NCBI GenBank assembly: GCA_944381275.1
Contig: CALWKO010000001.1
Location: forward strand, 25,342 to 89,341
DNA: 64,000 nt
From: an uncultured Clostridia bacterium
GTDB taxonomy: Bacteria > Bacillota > Clostridia > Christensenellales > UBA3700
Reading direction: 5' to 3'
Shown here: one piece after another, positions 47,501 through 50,848 of the stretch
Position numbering within the stretch: position 1 is the stretch's first letter
Layout: each line of letters begins with the position of its first letter
Notes under the pieces: model-generated
Told to the model about the DNA's origin: nothing
Databases searched by the model: none
Seen by the model: the letters and a program-made list of their open reading frames with translations, nothing else
Translations under genes and position numbers: made by a program

Positions 47501-47855
47501 CGTCACCCGAATCGCTTGTCCACTGCGCCGTCAGCCTTACCGTTGAGCCGGGCCTTGCCGTAAGCGGCACCCTGTAAGACGTCCCCGCCATTGTGACGTT
47601 CTGGTTTGAGTCCGTCCATTGCGTAAGCGTGTAACCGGAACGCGTGGGCGCGTATAAAGAAAGATCGAGCGTACCGCCGGGCTGGAGGTTGCCAATTTCC
47701 AATGTGGTACCGCCGCCGGTGAAAGTACCGCCGTTTGCGTCAAGAACTACCTTGACGGGCTCTTCGGCACACGCGGAAAGAAGCAGCCCGCAGGCTGTTA
47801 CCGCAAGTACCGCTACCATGAGAATAATCAGAAGCTTATTTTTTGACTTGCCCAT
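26514..47855 (-). CDS. Giant lipoprotein (7,113 aa): lipobox signal, InlB-B/Listeria-Bacteroides (Flg_new-like) repeat, 14 copies of an unassigned roughly 300-aa module interleaved with FN3-like domains, G/S linker, about 1,090-aa non-repetitive C-terminal region
   Basis: Uninterrupted 21.3-kb ORF. An AGAGGGG RBS lies 6 nt before the ATG. The signal is MGKSKNKLLIILMVAVLAVTACGLLLSAC. Coherent repeated motifs occur throughout (see findings). Every plus-strand ORF across this span is an R/G/H/V-rich antisense artefact. Confidence 0.9.
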   Translation of the reverse strand: MGKSKNKLLIILMVAVLAVTACGLLLSACAEEPVKVVLDANGGTFTGGGTTLEIGNLQPGGTLDLSLYAPTRSGYTLTQWTDSNQNVTMAGTSYRVPLTARPGSTVRLTAQWTSDSGDGITGTDIFREIIAGLTNGDNLHSEYSTTLTVPDGDGGTIEYSIQYASNVKRGIINQGEYDYDLGLVIRNETENKGVAGIYITDEYGVPGGLYIDTNPDDETGSVFLLEDFNSDYLLALVEKLPTALPDAISGLLGGLSIDIFDVIFSTALQATGEITVDGNGNNVYTLSFNPTALLTLSDLLSALVGGFGIDLNPLFSYLGDVIPDSTFVLSAVKDSSGNLLSLGSSFTNHETGEVLYEIDGGTITCTDRNEDTLSLIPSKVQIYDNTYSLGHIQLSAGVTLDTLDAAGGQVDIAALINTFVPGTLPEGVLMLDADLAYRLDLAIDLDIAQKPYSKGESEGNVKDESVIAIEIKDTKNNDEVIAGIYYKEGYLYVNIGQIVGGLTGSANVWNGKGFAIPFDLPSLITAIKDVAVDAIDGFFGTDHGMITGETDLTKAEGAVVGLSLAQDGNVYISQDWGNLIITIFQVLKIEGASNWVNITQGEDYDSLDITIDKALIDSVLTAISGFGVDTSAIQIPDFGTGTISFKSGSDGLRDISVGLALKGLNLDIKFDTLELLKPIEKGDTSFAEYVNKVLGDKSQYTSNLNDLVVSTLSSGLKGSIGLGVKFNEGTYNLGDLLSVFGLDLGDLKIEVEKDAKLDLSLNAGLYIDETNYANSAMYLQLYANNAFSLGNTGNIIDEGVILGVYLQDNEVILDASGLTILGIDLPVYKITPEKFDMAALIGSLLAMIPDSDLAIDLSGVIASLTPAEQAAAAALAGNGNVIRSSTRVNNNDLINLTVNNNLLQATATLTGVLSLLSSLGLNIDFDASQFLQGEALIDIKLEDGALTAQVTGDLLTPEEGGPSGLNATLTLDLADKWQIGGGVKTHIDSTITDALAQADWEDADDALLNGLLDQLFNSTLTLSVTLPNADTGIANLIGEVIGLIPNVDENIKTLLESIDLGIVTDEAIIALAIELYKQGTQQIIKLGINYAGEAVAEILLNEQDDLYINLGYFGLGKYVVTDSGLYTMLTDLLATLSEDLSLGSLLGGLVDFSGNIAFKAYTVGEDVMLMWNKYGAASSVYYKVYSGNSADDTLLLFDTGAEQATGFTFNETTGIYTAQVDAASEYFIQVYTKLAQVQGQSAVTEQVLFDALAAPDAYQAAPASAGYQTIDAVTFTWQASNPFGAAETYQLVDAGGNAVSDLAGATYDASTFTYTAVVDLTDKTGPYTIRVNGVDVYTNIVPQQGAVTVAGIEMSLSESTYTLTWMSVDGASRYDVTMTDSAGAQLWTSSVADGGTRYSNIMWGAQYANYTLTVEAYDQNGELIATGSVSSSASGGIMDTVTTLLSALSIKGNLISLNVTRDILSELIASLTGGATITLVDAAITELDIFQGSANLSIGVYEDASVDDGEGYTITGRLTLAPTKGVPAVSTSTSDYSDYKEINLLYGAGLVESVTSILAGGLSVEAELNISLERGDYNVAEIIGPFLPDNIAEYLGDEFIWKVGETGTTEIALNLGVYAALNEDDVNNSGFMVQLSFPNGVSLSGTGEDGVVAGNGFVIKKGAAITIAVSKNTLVVDLSAITILGITLPVYKVDNFKMGEFVEGYLVQLERTVANMYNDGNGMLYLPDKSYVTVRADKEEVDFEIAFDYIGDDMKFDVVYGTKGGETAIIGATVTYNEATTTHTAKGTYSVVAAEGDYIAVYAKDTNGNRYDCLKLTATKSGESIVFTVPEVAAQSLATTGLTYDNYLTIDSSKLQLVITSQTIFSLLSLVADIPSSISSMDFDVTVGLGEQDTASDEKSIWVVADGTLGGKQVKLSLDAGIGLGGKIGEQTIAEYIADYIDEYDNEQSADENDYPTKLIAGILDEVLTSTVTLSITADAAAEQGFDLLGVAKQLVGGLINFGDTTLDLVAEQNKAPVSIDLVLALDGAMNGANVDLNMISLKLNYVTTDKTITLLGIYVQGGKLWLDLSGIGMGAVQVDASDIIKKLTSYLGGLIDGIDIDLAGILDMIAAGGTYPYGQPVPQSLAEGDTAAGDTSTGVSEETANVIKALITLVSVENANIKLDVTRNIINELLSLVDAVSMSLNASAGGYLDIFAGKAEIVATVYDSSAGSGDSGKLTLTLGLGISATPAAAAEELAKRISSLTAVELDLGNMDVSVANLLNSLSASLNLKVTTADKTATDETPTTNLWALLGPILDSVLVLDNQNVINALEAIKANGVNWTIDPTSIDLSLALASDIKLTGEEGSKVIDTKNSTIVVGIIANKPLVLGSATDNTPMLNEREGIYLTIYGGSLYIDLSQLKLLDIQLPVLKVGTFEVMDYIAEVADIIQGGIDDMLGGLDDLTQTQSLAAVMALANGTQTENAKLELGSDLTLSVALSAITQILKDTSIIDLTALDLPWEIVLTTATDGAGQLQLQLNNTEYDTTPDPEGVNLEASLTLAAAFKERTEGDDTDLRNALLAYVNGTGENDTVADRFADKSGDLIGEVINSVLSSRLTLELGASSNGDTFDINYALNGILKLLDMEEGIDPDLAFNLDTSAGVKYRLNLTLDGDSSDLSAINAYIGIEMASGDGITEASWETAIGIYVTGGEIYLDLRAIRNGALGGGVLKVTNSAIMDLFETELNKLLGNINLDLNELLTLSYTPIQQGGDVEQVSTAPSLTVNEMPVGTLVSYLIQMVSLQNLGVALNAHTALLKALTSELFGTAIDFVEADGSLLLVDGKLNLNVKVGDAAFADGEEVTTDPTNVYTLAAVLDISRATDIIGKIEDVKEEPATELDLSNGATLADSLMGLLGNLSLDLNVDISLPGGVFGIGDLLNSFGLVQGGLTDANGLDLIFEPLYKDETNTTAEGGMKLGLTLSLRLALDAKKPANSLGELKLSFNENMVMGIGEDGQDKVLFEAGTNFLTVIIDGTNLYVDLSDITLLGITMPKYHTANFDIATFVDYVLGKALDNTESVIYGDHGKTETGGESGEQGEGDVTTVNLAEKDDQGNWTSLSENEAMFIGVTENDIVAMVSFTAVEAFLKLFGLNADLSNYDANIDLTISRNPANEAWMQLHFVGKLDSDMYYDGAATEGTISITNVELGGTPTWTDEVRDDADEIKKGAQDAGSMLIQGIIDQILNLNATLNVSLEEGSDTYISLASVLGYIFDQTGIDVDLSEIMLDLAGLNVAVKINLDIDSESRDNSAATIEIEDSGNNIKLIGIYLKGQDLVIDLSGISLGRFAVTQSAIPDLVYNIVFDLIDQIKKIDIDLDTIVDSLYDLVNEAFKPAEEGAVEGQNLAVPELNVTPGVALSGNGFALMENGQYVTVTDNGDGTTTLSWSVYPSATVYMLQLYNGYDNSKTNLLKGALAEDEDFVYTATEDGMFVVNSRVTSVTVSTEALNNVGWLADATSKYNGAEFPSYYVFVVRAGRSFNADTNTFTPITLGGQDVYASATNYTLLKTILGMVKIRNGAIEVDARAVMVDKLLRGVLGVSFDWAEANVNIDIVEGSASIGLDLSDGDPEQYLATEATALPTPGENTLTYSWNLTDEQVANIKDYSFVLRERAGDTATFGKIIERSYLADTEEDGVTWIVPNETSNTLTVVIDTTFADFAWLNAAHRANADGVTTTNLEMALNGKLPLRVTGYYDVNTVRLAGTLQLGANGEEGANAALNGGTNPIYVNGALNENVQIINLQNNASLISSVKELLDGFKLEAELAIYVAEGSYDMGALIAEILSAAGVGLEGLDEVTSLYWDISSPFMLNIRLQLLIEYGTSDKDMRIALTLDTDGLYIDGDNLINPGTLLGLYYTDGKALLDLTNFKIAGITLPAYTIDIELFDLVDGMITDLINGLDISAVSGDGAQDDAAVDEGQTGDIAGMNLANGDDELTTIDAIVLGISSEEIALRASFSAVATLLSTALSGNETVATVTNVLESLDLSLGASMKRDQDLTLTLSGMLNWAPLRTNEDASDEFAATTAQSSSVEYESSSTAGGVTTLVYSFAPVAGASSYTALLTNENGSTNENGSIRVEGTVENGKAYFTGADLSENSASSELYTVTVTGNITSPVNMQLSLGTAQLLGADQDAIKGELDGMLGTEDSAGSVNFEERVNAYGDLLLTGLIDTLLNTRISLALNLALIKDQLPAGGTVSLSDIVLAIAGDIVVSAGLTLDDILGSVDVVFDMDVTTIILDVAMNMDLDNPWNTDLLVQLRSDIGGVQDVLLGLYVYDNLLTIDLRALGLRAYTLQNFDYIVNVQNMLKELLFGSEATGDSGLLGEYDIDLSETISGLLNPAEEPETPPATGDPGITDQPSADVPSTDVTTEVPSISITAKNDVTDPDNRTTTISWPAVEGVDHYEIKTVLQDGTTFVVQNIAATATSYTYTMIAGVYDVTVEAHLVDHTVIASGTRQMNGAIASILSAVSLQNTIVKLKVTPQIINNLLAVIAPDISINAEPIDVSASVDIFNGDASADVNVNLKYEQPVGDTTFRLGAELSIKTADTLYITDNTGVGEINEVLAELGSDVDTIDFGSNVNDAGVDAARITYAILDALNTTNISATLNVSFNKGTYDIGAMLAGMGLDALDGVSLLWTFDEAQDIALTLNLGMYVDVTGFTGTGSLGTWFLLDIVAASDIKLGNMVVNNNNMGDRYPITAGTSIISIYGKEEADDSSGTVYIDLSELDILGLELPVISAQYKFTDMLINEFYDIISTIMDLNSYLEVTHSITVSDQGVPTALTFSWDEVTLGNTSVSPEVFYDVTVVGTMPNGMTSTIRTETIQTESTAFNYGDIEMFSQFDVTVVSYFLFNGERRVLGEYTTNVQLNNSNAIATASYVTPDDVYAEEDNAKLARVNNVKWTWTAAGTAQISWDAYEGATAYRIEIRRASDGAALQSTGSFAVPAENTSWTPETTFFLAKDGFDATHPMMGGTGEQVWDYGYIAEVYAYTDEELAEEDTLTPDILLKDYSPAAVGAANSFADMNMWFAPKASEYGGATSTFHVGWGAVEGAANYSVLPYRINNAVSGGVMTTTYPVVGLTAEGGAALSADNLMLEGDQLSFTYYNATYTREYFVEVVAYDEFGNMIARGEMTAAMGKLNDSDKTLLPVSTIALVLDSERFGLEVQLNAILAILEGVGVELPIDLRGFDVEAALGLDTTIGIEGGNNVIQIATDENGDEDVDGFKLNGLTDGNYTLSMVYTNSGGVEKTDSLSFTVASGEYTITSGEYDITDGYVNYGMRRNGTYKITLGGAATAEATFTVSRTLNLGISGDITLPVSGAENNFSLTVTDGTGGSSNTVGVTNDGRTLFWQPVAGASTYTVNVVKTVDGEQVANETFAGLNSFVQKIDFTEAGVYTVTVTAFNAAGEPVVGDPQTPIVPQTAIVTVKGDSGLNISISVPYDDLAIGAADGQVALASDITNRIGNIGNNNYDTVLEILQAYLGDFSLSLSLGIESFTTEINLQTIINSVLAAVGVTTEIGAPIYINTDDISAMGVTLDVSWHLDWGSPLNSYASIELNYVSGEENGNKITNTMIGAYLEDNIVCVDLTGVGLIGVKLSSEPLYRFLTSAITGAIEGLFDGLDMGEGLDLSTAIQMLLGEYPTINLAQITSGGSAASANAVQSMALAAADETAATEQAAGEEGGLDIATVLPMLLNAVSLNSTNIFVSATTAVLDTITSGLLGIKLGVDVDFELQVPLLSGNIIADLRLDNITFQAMLSITAMDQPAAPGVNIKNFATIDGSGTGAEAVMALLSNLPLNLTLELANSNMDTAAYKGYSPDTNWMGHASYPAGTRINVEVRTSAKTYGSDYQLQNAFTADAGDIVVTIATTNEAEQDSTGTGHLQYFLVVHIDISAGQISVKLCKRAIVLQAWAALGIIGEIDLGGGVSVFGSININIAAIPLNINIALDLASTLGDLLDGLLTTINGLGGASSDSGSTGSAGSAGGGNTSSGTGVTVDPYELAVSAVGGDENDAAQQGKPYEVHFNPIMNETAWNNSGVATAWEEAYDRYIITVSRPDGSIVKIVEQEARGYTVQNPARYTVPVEDEHGTTNYYESYTVTVTGESDPTGFSAALAEIDIWKLLGGGLVRGSYDTSGNFTPSDSGNVVTTTGGIYFNLNSTGEMNLTVRFDPYEMNKAVDAIFGSIFGANSALDLTTASLGNGYFAINYLMFMWWDRANMSENRLIGNGKGNDEHSFVTNEQNHPTSTLDSLAANLRGLLADLLYQMNIAVNEAGATVSAATLRSHDDSLQWSKWDDSDWGLMPIMLSIFSKFVPISIWTSAELNVNMSNGVLTNISFMGNDDGSAVLRYNKDTGVNDVYVYYAKTLYNGNGGDYNWYMPGSGADTDYEYNPSSQDIGRQINGETLTIPYRATNTGGIVYQTMPVFTYAIPYGSVYGGDYDYTKVEVTPGTGANGGNAGYGGALASNGSSLYRRGGYDVNGKLVNDISGVTTVINRHSVESNLRSYTRIEIYNTSETLGDTISGLDNDLGGIVSWGNLPNRIVFDQYSMGWNTQAGPYLMDTYFGNAYTARWQNGTSFARANVTFKLNGTDLNGSGVDGGQLLATALGRANESTGLIVTVVAEANFGSGRVATMDIEIEKCLINDTTSTDPWAHDGRDEYASVDDWNLYYYDELPEYIIMTTWRGERKRYKVVKQNSEDHLSGNYDAYISGYASDAAGYAQSDTEDATLTFKNGKKVRLTINYMDSSLVNPTVTVDMNTLQNEYDENGELIDVTAKISNAIQALLVNYADGSVLTNGSGISWGGESELTTDTIITGSRYIEDTDGRSITLGEWIKRFRKDTATNLKGDTFFIDIAVNVDTDMLKDAANAGAFTQNLTVVVDIPTKRPASISVHGSAADTVVLNPYDYYMYLVTGSDANNPLPGAVDVTYENGITESVSVMWRNKEGNFISAEEFVSNWYTVADSTKTFYLENDETRYSFRWTGYEMSVQINSGVIDTMQFLVDGEWVDSVPKGTVTTTARVTFTGGYVLELPAVIRESTGGYGYAYIGYDVAKYNATGALVEYAGCNFKQAKRIQLTQSSNQGEQQ
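30900..47280 (-). repeat. Protein-level array of 14 divergent modules sharing the core h-G-h-Y-h..(4-8)..h-h-h-D-L-S/T..h..G-h
   Basis: I located the core motifs on the DNA and checked each against the reading frame. The first residue of each core is at aa 194, 481, 803, 1096, 1669, 2054, 2385, 2683, 3006, 3302, 3886, 4301, 4736 and 5602. These correspond to nt 47276, 46415, 45449, 44570, 42851, 41696, 40703, 39809, 38840, 37952, 36200, 34955, 33650 and 31052. Confidence 0.7.
47517..47756 (-). other. Listeria-Bacteroides / InlB B-repeat (Flg_new-like) domain
   Basis: VKVVLDANGGTFTGGGTT...LYAPTRSGYTLTQWTD...VRLTAQW fits the V.FDANGG...P.R.GY.F.GW consensus. Confidence 0.65.
47769..47855 (-). 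other. Lipoprotein signal peptide of the 7,113-aa protein
   Basis: The n-region is KSKNK, followed by a hydrophobic core. There are two lipobox matches, VTAC (C22) and LSAC (C29), followed by AEEP. Confidence 0.7.
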
Positions 47856-48996
47856 AATTTACCCCTCTGAAAATTTGCTTATAATTTAAGCACATACTTA
47901 TTATATAGACGCCCCCTTAAGAAAATATGAAGAATTTTCAAGATTTTGTAAATACTTAGCCGAAAAACTGCTCACCTTAAAATCCGTTAAGGTTGAAAAT
48001 TCTTAAAATCCGCTTTAATTTGCTCATTTATGGGGCAAAAGCAAAATTCCGTAAAGAAAATTTGACGAATGAAGAAAGTTGTAAAATCCAAGTAAAATAA
48101 ATCGTTTAAAATTTAAAATTGCCAAAACGGGTCAAAATTGAAATATTTCCGACGATTTATAACCGTTGAGAAAATTTTCTTAAAGACGAATATAACTAGC
48201 GGGAAATTTTTCTTAAACCTCGCTCCCCTCTTCGGTAGAGATACAAACACGGCTTTTGGCACGGCGCCACGAGCGCGACGGAAATCAACTTTAATGTATA
48301 TACGGCAAAGCGTGAGGTTTTTATCGAGCAACACGCCGCCCGCGGCAATCGGGCAAAAAAGACGGTGGCGACAGGGAACTTAAGATTTACTTCCCCGAAT
48401 GCAAGAAACTTTTTAAGGCGGAGATATCGCCGACTTTTACGCGGAATTTTACACTCGCCGCATCGGTATAAAATAGATCGACGTACTAAAAATCAACCCC
48501 CGTTTTTGAATAAAATTCCACTATTTAACGCCGTGTATACGAGCAAAGCGACGCCGCCCTTTCGGCGCAAACGTTAAGCCTTAAAGCCGCGCCCGCCGAC
48601 GACGGAAAGATCACTGCGCTCAAGCACCATACGCACGTTTAAGTGCATAAAACATACATATGATTTATAACGCCCCGCCCCGCGTTTTTTCGACGCGCGG
48701 CGGCGAACCATACGGGGATTTGCCGCCACTTACCCGTGCTATTCTTGCGGATATAAGTTGAAAGTGCAGATAAAATACATATATTATACAAACTCCGCGC
48801 AGGGGCAAGACAAGTGCGCAAGCGCCGCTTTTATTTATTATTGCAGGGCAAAATCCGACCGCTCGTCCTTCACCTTTTTTTTAGCGCAGTCAAGTACAAG
48901 CGCGATACCCTTACTTGAAAAGCACATTGCGCAGCAGGAAAATTAGGTGCATAAAAAATACATAATCGCTCTCTCCCCTGCCTAGGTGAGAAGGGG
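47856..48996 (-). promoter_or_regulatory. 1.14-kb AT-rich leader/promoter region of the giant operon, with no convincing ORF
   Basis: It lies between the regulator's terminator (48997-49028) and the giant-gene ATG (47855). It contains three direct repeats, GTGCA(T/GA)TAAAA(C/A)ATACATA, at 48643, 48764 and 48947, and a duplicated CTTAAAATCCG at 47976 and 48002. I could not pin down the exact promoter. Confidence 0.6.
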
Positions 48997-49028
48997 TAAA
49001 AAGGGCGGAAGAACCCTATCTTCCGCCC
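48997..49028 (-). terminator. Rho-independent terminator of the atypical regulator gene
   Basis: On the minus strand, GGGCGGAAG-ATAGGGTT-CTTCCGCCC is followed by TTTTT, starting 35 nt after the stop. Confidence 0.75.
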
Positions 49029-49062
49029 GATAACTATTTAGATATTAATCTATACCTCTCGA

Positions 49063-49734
49063 TTAAGCGTTCTCGTTCCAAATATAGCCCACGTTCTTGA
49101 TGGTCTGAAGATACTTATCGGCGTGATAGCTCTTCAAAATCTTCCTGAGATTGGAAACGTACACTTCGGTTACGGAGAGCACCGTGTTGCAATCCTCGCC
49201 CCAAACGTAGTTATACAGCTGTTCTTTGTTGACGACGATGTTGCGGTTGCGTATGAAGTACTCCATTATATCGTACATCTTGCCGGAGAGCTTTACGTAC
49301 TTGCCGTCTACGGTGAACATCTTCGTCTTTATATCCAGCTTCATGTTCTTCAATTCGTACACGCTGTTTTTGAAGAGGTTGTTCGCTCTGCGCAATACCG
49401 CGTCGACCCTGGCTTTGCTTTCCCTCACGTTGATGGGAGCGTGCAGGTATTCGTCCGCGCCCAGCTCAAGAATATCGGCCGCAAGCTCGGAGTTGTCCAT
49501 GTCGCTTATCACCACAAGCGGAACGTTGCTACGTTTCCTGAGCTGCGTGATAAATTCAATGCAGTTCATCTTGGTCAGCTTGATATCGGTCACAACCAAA
49601 TCATACACGTTGGAAGAGGCCCTGAAGAGAGCGTCCTCGCCGTCCTCGCAGATATAGCATTCGCCTACATCTTTCATTACGGAAATTATCTTGTCACAAG
49701 ATTCCGATCCGCCTTTGCAAATTAAAATTTTCAT
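49063..49734 (-). CDS. Orphan atypical OmpR/PhoB-type response regulator (degenerate receiver plus winged-helix DNA-binding domain)
   Basis: The C-terminus LSGKMYDIMEYFIRNRNIVVNKEQLYNYVWGED...VYVSNLRKIL...LQTIKNVGYIW is a trans_reg_C-type winged helix. In the receiver, ILICKGGSES replaces the usual acidic DD pair and YLHAPI replaces the K-P motif. No kinase gene is adjacent. Confidence 0.8.
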   Translation of the reverse strand: MKILICKGGSESCDKIISVMKDVGECYICEDGEDALFRASSNVYDLVVTDIKLTKMNCIEFITQLRKRSNVPLVVISDMDNSELAADILELGADEYLHAPINVRESKARVDAVLRRANNLFKNSVYELKNMKLDIKTKMFTVDGKYVKLSGKMYDIMEYFIRNRNIVVNKEQLYNYVWGEDCNTVLSVTEVYVSNLRKILKSYHADKYLQTIKNVGYIWNENA

Positions 49735-49791
49735 TTCACATCACCCTAGTTTTTATTTGCAGCCCGTTGGGGCCGCTTATTCTCTTAAAAA

Positions 49792-49819
49792 TATTATATC
49801 ATAATTATCGGAAAAATCA
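49792..49819 (-). promoter_or_regulatory. Candidate extended -10 promoter of the atypical regulator
   Basis: The minus strand reads TTGATT (49819-49814), 16 nt, then TGaTATAAT (-10 at 49797-49792). Confidence 0.45.
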
Positions 49820-50212
49820 AGCGTCCGATGTAAAATTATTATTAAATTTTTCACTTTTTTATTTTTTGACACTTCCGAACATATCGTCGATATATGTTAA
49901 TTTTCATAAAGTCTGCGTAAAATGTGCTCCCCGTGTCTTACATTCGCAATTTGCGAGGTAAAACTTTTCGCATTTAAGCTATTAAAAATTTCTTTATTTT
50001 GACTGAATTATTTAACCAATTTTCTTATGATATTTTACATTTTAAGCCGAAAAGTAAAAATCCGCGCCCGTATTCTGCCGCTCGTTACTTTACAAAATTG
50101 AGCGGCAGCCGCCCCGCCCGCCGTCCTCCTTCTTCGCGCGCGTGTAATATAGAAAGCGGGATACTTTACATAATTTTTATATTTTTGCGGCGCTTTTGAG
50201 AGGCGTTTTTCG

Positions 50213-50241
50213 TTGACAATAAATATTTGCGTTGTTATAAT
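50213..50241 (+). promoter_or_regulatory. Perfect-consensus sigma-70-type promoter of the marR-ABC operon
   Basis: TTGACA (50213-50218), exactly 17 nt, then TATAAT (50236-50241). Confidence 0.7.
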
Positions 50242-50256
50242 GTTAGCACACTAACA
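50241..50256 (+). promoter_or_regulatory. Candidate MarR operator: inverted repeat TGTTAG-CACA-CTAACA abutting the -10 box
   Basis: Arms of 6 bp with a 4-bp spacer, read directly. The position overlaps the expected transcription start. Confidence 0.45.
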
Positions 50257-50342
50257 AATTTATCGTCAATGCGAGGCGTACGCGAGGCAAAATTTGCCCG
50301 GCAATCGCTTGCCGCCTTGAAGAAAAGCAAGGAGATGTCCCG

Positions 50343-50786
50343 ATGGGGAACGAAAGGGAGATAGGATACGAAATTCGCGTCCTAAACAACACGATACGCA
50401 ACAGGATCAACAATTTAAAGCCTAAGCAAAAGCATCCGCATACCACGCGTATGCACGCTTGGGTGATAAGTTTTATATTTCACGCTCCCGGACCCGTTTA
50501 TCAAAAGGATATAGAGACGGAGTTTGAAATAAAGCGTTCCACCGCCTCCACCCTGCTTTCTTCCATGGAAAAGAACGGACTTATCGAGCGGGTGAGCGTG
50601 GACCACGACGCCAGGCTGAAGCAGGTTTTGCTCACGGACAAAGCGCGGGCGATGCACGAAGGCTTTCTTGTTACGGCAAGAAAGGTGGAGGCGAACTTGG
50701 CGCGCGGGCTGAGCGAAGAAGAATTGAAGAATTTTTTTCAAACGCTCGATAAAATAAGCGACAACGCACGCAATATGATTATATAA
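50343..50786 (+). CDS. MarR-family transcriptional regulator
   Basis: 147 aa. The winged-HTH core is QKDIETEFEIKRSTASTLLSSMEKNGLIERVSVDHDARLKQVLLTDKA. An AAGGAGA RBS is present. Confidence 0.85.
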   Translation: MGNEREIGYEIRVLNNTIRNRINNLKPKQKHPHTTRMHAWVISFIFHAPGPVYQKDIETEFEIKRSTASTLLSSMEKNGLIERVSVDHDARLKQVLLTDKARAMHEGFLVTARKVEANLARGLSEEELKNFFQTLDKISDNARNMII

Positions 50787-50848
50787 TAATCGAACGGCTA
50801 TAAAGCAACTAACTTTTTTCTTTGCGGCAACGCCGCACAGGAGGCAAA

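Noticed and set aside
48241-48400. A possible c-di-GMP (GEMM-type) or other riboswitch in the leader of the giant adhesin operon, suggested by ACGGCAAAGCG and GGGCAAAAAAG-like strings.
   Set aside because: The strings are on the wrong strand relative to the operon and in the wrong order relative to the GEMM-I consensus, and no supporting helices were evident. Only a covariance-model scan could revive this idea.
48113-48821. Small ORFs in the leader: 48113-48334 (minus), 48138-48383 (plus), 48365-48577 (plus), 48639-48821 (minus) and 48758-48946 (plus).
   Set aside because: None has an RBS. They overlap each other on both strands, and their AT-rich-derived K/F/R/I-rich products have no recognisable features.
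47856-49062. An invertible promoter (phase-variation inverton) or a DGR template repeat in the long leader.
   Set aside because: The three repeats are all in direct orientation, not inverted. No recombinase or reverse transcriptase gene is in the window. The AT-rich leader shows no obvious similarity to the GC-rich 3' ends of the giant genes.
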